A stretch of 64,000 nucleotides of DNA. Origin: Nemertoderma westbladi (taxonomy: Eukaryota; Animalia; Xenacoelomorpha). Location of the stretch: positions 1 through 64,000 of the forward strand of contig JAUCBJ010002735.1 of the NCBI GenBank assembly GCA_032718475.1, in the 5' to 3' direction. The notes below the pieces were generated by a model. It was not told the DNA's origin. It saw nothing but the letters and a program-made list of their open reading frames with translations, and ran no database searches. Below, one piece after another: positions 15,065 to 27,000 of this stretch. A program made the translations under genes and the position numbers. The first letter of the stretch is position 1. The number at the start of each line of letters is the position of its first letter.

Positions 15065-18000
15065 GTAAGTATTTAACTTTTGCAATATTTATTATCAATG
15101 GGTTTGTGGGAGTAATTGTAAAATTGGTTCAATATCAATTAGAGTTTTCTTTGTATCGATTCAATGGCATTCCCGTATTAAATTGCGCCGCAAATTATTT
15201 CTTTATTTCGATTTCATTTTAGACCGGAAATTAGCATCAAGGATTATGCCGATGTTACACTTCATCAGGAATGGCATTTGGGGGTTGTCAACATATTGAA
15301 GGCTCCCGTTTATGGTGACGTCATCATTGATGGAGTCATCTTTGATTCAGTACAACATACCGAGGGTGAGTTGTATTTACCCACACTGGACCTACCCAAC
15401 CTATGCAACCAACTATAAAATATCGTGAAAAATCTTACCAAATATTATTTGTAATTTTTATTATATTTGTAATTTTTATTATATTTGTAATTTTATAATC
15501 AGGTAACATATAGTAATAATAATTGAAGCGTGAATTTTTTTATAAATTGAGTAATAAAAAAAAAATATATCCCATTTGTATATATAATTTACACCATCCA
15601 AAATAATTAGATAGCCCAAGGGAACTCGTTGAGCCCATCAAATACACTACAATATTTTTGGTAAATTATAAATGAATTAAAGTTAAACAATGCTGCCCAA
15701 AATGTTATGCAACCATTACAGGTAGTTTTGTTTATTATGTTAAAATATATATAATATTTATAGTTATTTTTTTTGTATTTTAGTTATAATTTTTGATTAT
15801 CGCTCAAATTTTCCTTTCAGGTTATGAATGTCAATATCTGAGGGCTTTCAGTCAAAATTGGAGCGAATGGGTGACCGCTGGTTGTCATATAGACAGGAGT
15901 ATTACCCGAGCTGATGTGTCTACGTACCCAATCTTTCTAAGCGAGTCTCTCATTTGGTATTATAGTCAACCAGCACCCGATTATGCAGATGTAAAGTAAG
16001 TTTGTTCTATCAATATTAGTCCACGCGAACTATTAATTATATTAAAATATATTTAGTGTATTAAAATACACTAAAAATATATATGGGAAGACACTTTTAT
16101 TATTAATTTTTATGTATTATACTTATTATGAAAACTATATAATTATTAATAATAATAATAATAAGTATAATATTGTACTGCTATAATTATTATATTCGTC
16201 ATCAATAAATTAATGCTTCACCTTATTAGAACCACTTTTTATATTGGGTAGCACATGAGTGACTCTAGTTTACTCACCATTATCAATTATCAATGTAATG
16301 CTACGATCGAATATCTTATATACTTTCTCGTTCAGTGATATATTGTTTTTAATATCAGGGTTCCGGATCCTGGAATAATCGGAGGACTCCGTCGTAAAAA
16401 ATATATTTGAATCCAACAAAACTCCGACTCCGACTCTTACCAAAATTTTTTCCAAACCAAAAATTTACAGAAAAATTGAACAAATACTCATATAATTATT
16501 TACTTGGCATTAATTTAAACAATTATTTTCAACAATAATACGTTAATTTTTGAATGAAGAAACCATTTTTTGGTTTAAATATTACTAAAATAAATAACTA
16601 AATTTTGGAATCTAAGTCCGATCATTTGTCAGCTAGGAAAACATGTTTAAAATTATTATTCAGTTTAATGTGGTTGAGATTAAATTATACCGGTATACAT
16701 TTCATCTCGTTACCGGTATAGGTAACTCATATGTTACTGACAGATTAAAATTGTTTTATTTGCAATATGTTAACATTAATTTATTTTCGTTATCTCTGAT
16801 TAATAATAAAGCTTTTCAGTTAACAATGTTTATTTATCTTTAGGTTTAACGATACAACCACGTATTCTAACGCAAAATATCGATTCGACTTGACCAATGG
16901 GGAGGCAGTATACGCTACTGTGAGTTGGCAGAGAGTTTGCGAATTGGGCTTCCGCAGTTCCACGGACACGGCCAATGTTGTTGAGGATTTCGAAGATTGG
17001 ACTCGCGGCCAAACACATCCGGGATACTTTATTTTGTTTAGAAGCAACGAAGTTCTGATTGGGTACGAGTGGGAGATGACGCATGAACGCGGCGCTGCCT
17101 GGCGGAGTACCGACAATGCCAGCGCTAGTTTCCATCAAAGCGCGCAACTTGTTATTGCGAAAACTTTCAAGGCCATAATAGTCGGGGCAATTCTAGAATC
17201 ATCTACATCGTACGATACTTTAGGCTCTATAAAGGGTTATAATAAACATACTGTCAACCAATCATTTGCGGTTTCTGAAGGCTATGCAAAAGTTGGATAT
17301 ATTGTCAATTCCGTATGGTGTTTGGCACTTCAATGCAATTCAGACATAGAAAATGAGTATGTGTTGCCATGGTTGCGATCTCACGTAAGTGAGGATTTAT
17401 CGAGTTTTACATACGAGAATTATTTCGACTTTCATATCGCATCTATACAGACCGTTTCAGTTCAAGGATCTCACCTCTTCTCTTATTCCGATTGGTCCTA
17501 TCTCATGTACTTCGATTCCGAGAAGATGTTGAGCTCAGTTAGCGAAAATGTTTATTTGGAAGAAGTTTGGAATACAGTTCTGATTGATAGAGATGTCACC
17601 TACGGGGAGGCAGAAGATTCAGACTATGACGACCAGTGGGGGGCCGTTAATCCTTATGTAAAGCCTTCCTTCATTGTAGATTACGCAAATATTATCGCAG
17701 AACAGGAGTTCCACCTTACATCTGCTCGTTGTTTCAAGGAGGTTGTCTACGGCAGTGTAAATGCGTCGGACATTAAACATGATCGCTGCTTCAATCTCGA
17801 CGATAGGCGTCTCTCGATCGCTAATGAAGTTGGGTTGAGTAGACCAGGTTTATATACCATATCCACAACGACATCTAGAATGTATAACTCAGCCAAACGA
17901 GTTGGCACCTTGGACGAGTTTGAAATTGCTTTCGACATCGGTGCTAAAGCACCAATGGTAGAACGAGCTGGTTGGTTGGTAAGTGATTTCCTTCTGGAAA

Positions 18001-21000
18001 CTCCCCGGATTGGGTACCGGAACTGGGAGCTCGGTAGAGGAGTCGAAACGGGTGAGATGATTTGATGGCGTGGGGGTATTTGGACAATGTGATTTGTTAC
18101 ATTATGTCAATATATCTTACGCCTTTAATTCATTGCAAACAGCTGTCGGATATACACAAGGGCTAGATTGGGCGATGGCGTTACTTGAAGACCCTGATGA
18201 CATATGGCATTGTGCTGGTCTATATTCCCGTTGTAAATTCACCGTAGATTACGCCGATGTAGGATTTCAAGAGGAGGTATTCTTTACTCGGGGTCGGAGT
18301 TTTAAGAATCTTGTCTATGGATCTGTGCTAGAGTTAACCAACTCTTGGGAAGAAGTTCATCTTATTGAAAATATTTGTTTCGACTCGGGGTTCAGTGGGA
18401 TTGCATCTCAACCAGAGTTCCACACTGTCAGCCAAACCTGCAGTTCTTCTTGGAGTTCTGCTTCAATTGACGATATAGATATTGCGTGGTCATTTGTCGT
18501 CGACAGGTATTACCTAACTCCTAACAAATATGTTGCATCTTTGAGTTTGGAAGACGTACACTTTGGTGAAGTTAACAGAACTTCGCAGTCATTTTGCTGG
18601 GGAAATTCCATTGAACACGTGGTAAAGTCCGACAGCACAACTAACTTGTATGTGTCTACTCCCGGCCATTGTCTTTCATTCTCATCCGAAACTCATGAGT
18701 TTAGGAACAGGGGCCAATCTCGTGTCTCGATTGTGTGGGGTAGGTGTCAACTAGCATCATTCTCTGATGATTGGGAAAGTCTATTCCCATTGGACCGAAA
18801 GGATGCCAGTTATGATTGGGCAACATTTGAGTTGGAATTACACTTTATAAATCAGCATTGTCAATCTGATTTTTCTATTACTTCTGGTGTCTATGAAGAA
18901 CAGACGATAACATGGGAAGTTGTGTATTATATACAACCTGTTGCTATGGTTACACTCGAACGTGAGTATCAAGAAGTTACCGGTTATTGTAGTATTGGTT
19001 GCGGTTCTTCTAGAACTTGGTCTCATCCATTTTCAAACTCCTATAATGATGTTTGGGAAATGGAAAGCAATTTAATATTGCCTTTGTTGCGTGATGAATT
19101 TGCCAAATGGGATGTACAAGATCACATGCAACAGTTCAAAGCAGCTATGTATAATTATCAGATATTTGGAGAAAGTTTTCAGGATGAACAAGATTGGTTG
19201 TGTGCCGATGCTTTATTTATGCATGTCCAATACAATTCGGCTTTAATTACACAAGATTATTATCAATCTCGATCTGGTTATATCATGGATATGAGTATGA
19301 AATGGGCATGGGGAGAGATTTCCAACGAGCATACAGATATACAGTGGTGTCAACCATTTGTTAGGCAACACACTTTAAAGGATTGGGTTGATGTTAACAT
19401 GCAAGAGTTTTTCCATGAGGAACGTTTACGAACCGATGTGGCTGTAACATATGGGTCAATTTTTGTTTCTGACATTTCATGGGACTTTGTTTTTGAGAAA
19501 TACGATAAACAATTTGAGAAGTGCTTTGAAAGTTTTCAGCCCCTTCCTTCATTTCGAACAGCTGCAGCAAATATGTCACTTAGGTTTTGCGAGGCTAATC
19601 AGCTGTTTGATGAAATTCAATTTGGAGTTTGTGAACTTATTTTTTCTCGAACGCCTGGAACAGAACGTGCTGGAATTAATGATGCAGATATTGTTTGGAA
19701 GGATATTGCTTTAATACATAAAAACACAATACATGGACATGTCAATATTTCTATGACACATTGGGAATTCGTCAGTGAGCGTCCAATTGAACGATACTAT
19801 GCCAAGGCGTTAGACCAGCATGATTCAGGCTTTGTTACTGGTAAGTGTTCAACTTTCAAGGCAATTATTTGGGGTGATATTGAATATGGACAATTTGATG
19901 AGGAATATGATTATTTACTGGAATTTCATCGAATAGATTTACATCTCAACGAATGCGATCAAGATATGGAATATGATTTACATTACTTGCAAAAGGACGT
20001 TACTAAGACAGCTGTCTATGGCGATTCAGAAGTTAATTCCATCTTTTGGGAAGAAACATTTTCTATAACATCAGCAAAGACTGATAAATCATTTAGTGTC
20101 AGCATCGGGAAACCATCATTGCAGACTTCTTCAATGGTCTCTAGTGAATCGTGTTCTATTGCAGATTGTAGTTTTACTAGCTATGATTGGGAGTCAACAA
20201 TACCTGTATATGGACCTTCTTACAAACATGACAATGCATTATATTCATGGCATTTGTGGCTGGCAGAAAACCATTGTGGACAAACATCAGTTATTGTTTA
20301 CGGTGACTGCTTGGTGTCAGACATAATTTACGAATTCAGCAACAACACATTTTTGAAGTTGATGTTCGACCATGTTGTTGCGACTGTAGAAATAGGGTTT
20401 CCAGGATTGCATTGTAGAATGTCATATGGCGACATTTGGTGTAGTAGTCACACAGACAATGTTGTTGTTGAGGATGAATGGGCCATGCCCTTTGATGGGG
20501 GTCATGTCAGGTTTGATTATGTTGATATGGATGTCTTTAGTATTGACGAATATAAAGTTGATTCTGTAAGTAAGTTGCTGTTGCTAGGTGACTATATAAC
20601 CAATCAATTAGAATGGGATCATTATTCCCTTATTGCTGGTTACAAAACGTCAATTGCAGAATATTATTTTGAAAACTGCCACGAATTTCACAATATTGGT
20701 TCAAGCAATGTTTATAGTTCATGCAATGCACAGCTGCAAAGTGCTGATATCGAAATGGAAATAGCATCTGACCGAATCCTTCATCCAAACGCAATAGAAT
20801 ATGCAACTGGAAAGGAGAAGTATTGGGATGTTTTACTTAAATACAAGATTAATAGTCCGATCATCTATGGAAGTACAATTGAGGAAGGTGACAGTTGGGA
20901 ATTTGTTTGGGATTCAAAGATTCAACGTGTTACTGAGATGGCAATTATGCGTGAGGAATTCCAATTCCTAAATTCCATTTATACATCACAATTCTCTTCT

Positions 21001-24000
21001 ATTTATAATTTCTGTTTAATATCCGAATTTGATTTTGATCATCATTTTGTGCAACACTTCGAAAAGTCATCTTCCTGGGTGGATTATGCTAATATTTTGT
21101 ATGAGTTCTCTTCGATTGAGCAGAATGCTGTCTCTCAGTTGTTTTCTATATATGGCGAAGGCATAAATGAGGCCATGGATTGGGATAGGGTGGAGGTGTT
21201 TCATGGGTACCGAACTCAATCTGTGCCAGAATCAATTGTTCATCAGCCTGGTAAGCAAATTGCGAAGGTAACACTTCATTCATCAAATGGCATATCATTT
21301 ATGGATAATGAAAGTCATTCTACAGAGTTTCCACGAATATTGCATCAACATGCATCTGCTACTGATCAAGTAATTGTTAGTCGCTCTAATGAATGTCTCA
21401 ATAGGTGTAACATTGCGAAGTTGAGACAGTATTTTGGATCAGCAGTTTTGGATGATAAGGAATGGGAATGGGCAAATAATATTTACGGCGAGTTAACAAC
21501 CGATCGGGCTTATATTCAGTCAAATATCTCATTTGAGGGGTACAAAATTAATGCTAATAATTTTGTGACTTGGGGAGACTACTGTGAAATTGTATTTGAG
21601 GTTGATTATGACCGTTTGATAAATTGTGAGAAGGTGAACCTCAATTTAGATCATGCCAATGTAGAGATGTGTCTTGATACATATATGACACATGTAGAAG
21701 TAAAAGGATTTCCTATTCATGGTGTTTATTCAGATGAAAACATTCTATATGAAGATGTGGAATTTCTTCGTGGGCACACATTGCTGCAGGCAAATTATTT
21801 ATATGAGGGAAAATCAAGTTTCGCAAGTGCCGATGTACAATGGGAAACAAGTTTTACATTTGCTGAAGTTGAGGATTCGCAGCCACTATGGAGTGATTCT
21901 TTGCCTAAATCTAATATTCAACCAAAGTTTGATATGGCATTGGTTCTCATTGAGGAAGGAAACGTATATGCTTCACCAACTATATGTTTATCAAAGTGTC
22001 TGGGTGAGGGGATTATAGAGACTGTCGCTTTGGAACGCGCACTTGACTATGTATATGAGATATGCAGTGGTAAAGCTAGTCTACAAACCACATATTATCA
22101 TTTGATTGCATTTCATAACATTCGACGTACACTAATGTGGGGAAGTTACCGCGATGGTGCAGTTGAATTTGAAGAAGAAAGATTACATCCTTTGGTCAAA
22201 GTGCAGAATCATATCGCAAAGGCGAACTGCAGTTACCATTATGAAAATGTGAATGATCACTCAAATTCTAGTCTTTACTCAAGTCAAGGTAGTGCTATTG
22301 TAGCCATAATAAATTGGGAGGAAGTCTGTATCTTTAAAAGTTACAAATCAATTACTGCAAACGACGATTTTGCTCAAAAGACTGGATTTTATTTCGCTAA
22401 GTTGCAATGGTCTAAACTAACATCCATTGCCAAGGAAACCTCCTTAAACATTGATTACTCACATGCAAAAGATTTACAGATAAGTGACCCAGAAATCAAT
22501 ACAGCTGATTGTGTATCATATTATTTGCAATTAAACAACTACCCTAAAGTGGAATATTTTTCGGTTTTTGGACATTCAGAAGAGTTTCACTTTGATTGGG
22601 AATATGTCCATTATTCTTATATTTCACCGAAGTTGGAATATGCTTCAATATCTGCACATATGGACCTAACAAAACCTTCTTCTCATTATAGTGCTACTTT
22701 TGAGTTTGGACATGGTATTTGCAATGATATTGAAGTTCAGTGGCAGTGGATAATCAAGCATGTGCCAAAATCCACGAAATTTGATCAAGTTAATATATTC
22801 TGGGAACAATTCACTAACTATGCAGTGGCCCATGCAAAAGATGTTTCCATATTGGGAAGTGCTTTCGAAACTATCGCAGAGACAGACAACTATTGCAAGA
22901 TAGAAAAGATACAGAATGAAAGAATCCAACAATCCAGCATAGAATGGAGGGCATTCGATATTGCAGCTTATTCAGCAATAAACATTTGGAGTTTTGCTTC
23001 CCATGATACATTAACAGGGCCTGTTTGTTATATCGAGATTCTTGAAAAACAAATTCCGAATTTTGAAATGTTATCATGGGATATTCAAGAATCGACCTTT
23101 GGATATACAGCATCAACAAGGGGAACCATAACATATGGTAGCCAATTCGAGCAGGAACAAGAGTTGGACTGGGCCCAGGACTTTTTTGTTCATATTAATA
23201 AAGAATGTGCTGATCAACTCATTGATTACTATATTCCTGGTTACAGTCGGAATGTGCAGCAGAGTTTTAGTTGGGCCTGGGCCAGAGTCGATTCAGTGGA
23301 TGATGAAATATGTTTTGCATTGTTATATTCAAAGCCTAAACCTGTTGAAGACATTTGTGATGTTATTTTCGAAGATTATTCTGATGTAAGTTATGCCATT
23401 GTCAACAAAGAGTTGGTTTTGGGTGAAGTCATGCAGGATGAAATTGTATTAGATACTGTTTATCATACTTCTGGATTTAATATCCATAACGCATTTGTTA
23501 GTTATGTAGGAGATACAAGTTGGTACTTTGCTGGGTGCCATATCAACTACCTGTGGTCATTTGGCGACCTTATTGAAAGCCATGACTGGTGGGAGTATGT
23601 TGTAGGATTGAGTATGCGCAAACCATTGACAGATACTGCATTAATGTCAATGGCAACTTCTTACCAGTTTGAATATGCATTGTATTTTAAGGCAGTGCAC
23701 GAAGGTAATGCTAATTATGAAAATGTAAACTATGATTATGCACTGCAGTGGGATAAAATGAAACATACATCATTGGCTCAAAGTTATACACACTATCGTC
23801 AAGAAGGGAATGGGTATGAGGCAAGGCAAGATATAATATGTGGCAATTACTTGGAAAATAATGTTGATATGTCTTTGGAAATTATTTACCCATATTCCGT
23901 TATAAAGCATGGCAAAGAAATGGCTGAGATTATGTTACATGAAGAACTGATTAATAGCGATGCCGAATGTCATAGAATATCTACACTCTCATCATATAAT

Positions 24001-27000
24001 GAATCTCTTGTGGATTGGCACATCTGTGGTGATTTTGAAGATATCAGCATTCAAAACCTTTTTGAGATATACCACACTGAATTTGGATATTGGTACGCTG
24101 GGAGTTCTAGCTATATAATATGGGGTTTTGGTGTTCAGACATGGTTTTTACAAGAATTCATTTCCCTTTTAGAAGCGGAGTTTGTTAGACCACCAAATGT
24201 GTTTGCAGTTCCACGTTTATCTACTAGTGAGTTCATTGTTAATTCCAATAAATATTTTTCATGTACCTGTGGAATCGCTATTGAAGAATATTTCGATATG
24301 GAATACACTAAAGACTTAGAAGTCATTGAATATTCAGAAAAAGCCACCTTTCGAGATAATTTTGTGTTTTTGTGTGACGAATTCAATTCATATAAATGCA
24401 TAATATTAGGAATGTGCTTAGAGGCAGAATTCGATGTTAATCTTGAATTCAATCAACCTTTCCGAAATTTTGATAAGGAATATGACTTTGCTTCAACAGG
24501 ATACGAAGGGACGGAACTTTTTTATGCAATTTTCCAACTGAGAAACAGTAAACACGGATGTGAAATTCGAGAAAGCATTGATTGGTTTCATGTACAAACT
24601 ATTGCTTCAATTCAATTTGAAGAAGCGTTTTTTTCAGAACTGAAAGATTCCAAGTTTTCATATGCCGGAATTAGTTATGACTACAATATTTTAGCAGCCT
24701 TCGGATTTGCAGAGTCGTATACATGGAATATTGCTGAAGAGTATTCAGCCACAAAGTATCAAACAGAATACGCATTTTATGATGAAGAAGTTGATTATTT
24801 ATGTCGATATTTTCAATACAAGTCTGCTTTGGTCAATGGAAATGCGACTAGTCATTTCCAATTTTTTGACTTCGCATTTGAGTTTGAAACAATAGTGAAC
24901 AGACATCACACTTATATTTATGAAGTTGCTTATGAGCTTAGAAGCAGAGCCCAGGTTGGCCTTGACACTTTTATTGGTCAGGCAAAGGTTGCTGTGGCTG
25001 ATGAAGAATGGGAATTTCCTTTTCAATTCGATAAATTTGAAGCTGAGCATTTTAAAATAGAATCATCTTTTGAGGCTTATTTTAAACAATTGCAGTATAC
25101 AACTACACGAGCTACTGTGCTGGGAAATATAGTAATGGCTGAAATTGCTTCGGGAATTTCATATCCTTATACTACATTGAGAAGTCACAACGCATTTAGC
25201 TCGTATGCACCAAAATGTTCCCTTCAAACTGTATCAACATCAAGACAGTCTATCTTCCAATTTGGATCTCAACGTATTGAGGATGATATATGGTTGTATT
25301 GTGAACCGTACACCAGTAGAGAAACTGAATACAGTGCTGCGGCTTTTAAGGATATACACATTGATCTTCATGATGTGTTTTCTTCTCCAGCTATTTGCGT
25401 CCAAGGTAGTACCTGTGAGGATTGGATAAATTGGACCCATATTATGGAATGGACAACTTCTTCAGTATACGATTATACGGAAGTTGAATTGGCAATTGAA
25501 TTTGTTCCTCAGCACTCACAGAAAAGATTTTATGAAACTTGGGGCGATGCTGCTTTGATTTTAGATGACAGAGAATTTGAAATTGTCCTTTACTCTCAAG
25601 TTGCTGCCTCACAATTATCTTATGCAGATATACATGATGCGATTCATTTTGATGGGTCTCAAGCCGTTTCACATCAAGATTTTGTTTTTGGAATGTATTA
25701 TGAGACTATCCTTGAACTAGAATCTGTAGGTTTTATAGAGCAGGTTCATAAATCAGTTGCTTCTATCCATAATATCAGACAGCACACTTTATATCAAAAC
25801 AATTGTAACCTTCAGTATACTTTATCATATGGTACTGAAACTGAAGCAGAGGGGCCCACTGATTATGTTGAAAAGCATACCAAACTTATACCACAAGAAC
25901 ACTATTCAAATATATCCATCCATGATGTACATTGGGATATAGTGTCTGTGTTTCCTAAAATTGTTGTTAATGGCAACATCTCATATAATTACGAAATTTC
26001 GGAAATTTCGGATGTTGTAGGTGGTAGAATGCCTTCTTCTCAAGCTTCTTTAGAAGATGTATATTTCTGGTATAGAAACGAATATATTGTAGATCGGCAA
26101 ATAACATGGTGTAATGGGTTTCAGAATACATTGGAGTCGGAAATTATGTGGTGCTTCCCTCTTTGCAAGCTTCAGTATGAATATGACTCTGCCAAAATTT
26201 TGACGGAAGCTAATATGTTCAGACATGAAGCTAAATTCCATCATCATTCCCAAATTGGAAGGTATATTGAAGATGGAGTTTATTGGAATCATGTTTCAGC
26301 ATTTAGGGCGCCAATATCACAAACAATAGAAGAAGTTAATCGTTATTGGCCTGCATTATCTTTTGCTAAGAAGTGTTCAAATCTCCGGTTTGACTTTTCA
26401 AGAATCGAATTTACATATGATGATTTTGAGTTTGTCGACAATATTTACTCAAAATCACTTCCCATTGAAGAATCAACTTGTACATTTTATGAAGGCTTTC
26501 CAGAATTTAAACCGTTGATAAGAAGTGTTAATATTTGGGGACACCAAGGGGAGTTAGAAAATGAATGGTTGTATGTAGAACATGTTGATACATTTATTCA
26601 CACCTTTTCATTTGGAAGCTTTTACGATATATAACGAAATCAGGAATATAGGTAACTACTATGAATCATTTGAGTGGTGCAGTGCCATTGTCGATGTAGT
26701 TGAGATTGTTTATGATTGGGTGAATGACAAGGATAGATTACAGCTCTCTTATGAAGAAGCAGACTTTACTTGCGAAGGTATTTCATTATGGAACCGGAGT
26801 TTTACATCCCAGGTGAAGGTTTATGGGTATACTTCATGTTTTACAATTGAATGGCATCAAGTGTCTTATGACACATCTTATAAGACACAAAAATGTACTA
26901 TAACATTCCAAGATTGGTCAAATTTTATCAAGGCATCACAACTTTCATTTAATATACAAGGCATTGGTAAAGAAACTGATGGGACAGAGTTTGTGGATTA

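Larger units (their letters stand above)
15996..16843 (+). other. Intron (848 nt, phase 2)
   Basis: GTAAGT...tttatctttAG; AT-rich. Confidence 0.88.

Noticed and set aside
15988-15996. Donor GAT|GTAAAG at 15991 for exon C
   Set aside because: Phase 0 is incompatible with the phase-2 acceptor at 16843; GTAAGT at 15996 is the better consensus and keeps frame.
16811-16823. Alternative acceptor GCTTTTCAG at 16819 for exon D
   Set aside because: With a phase-2 junction the next codon is TAA (16821-16823).
18063-18092. TGA readthrough, selenocysteine or TGA=Trp code at the first break
   Set aside because: The same frame meets another TGA after 8 codons and the long ORF continues in a different frame; TGG is used for Trp throughout.
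26632-26655. TAA readthrough or ciliate-type TAA=Gln code at the second break
   Set aside because: The same frame stops again after 6 codons, and tens of kb of coding sequence contain no in-frame TAA/TAG.
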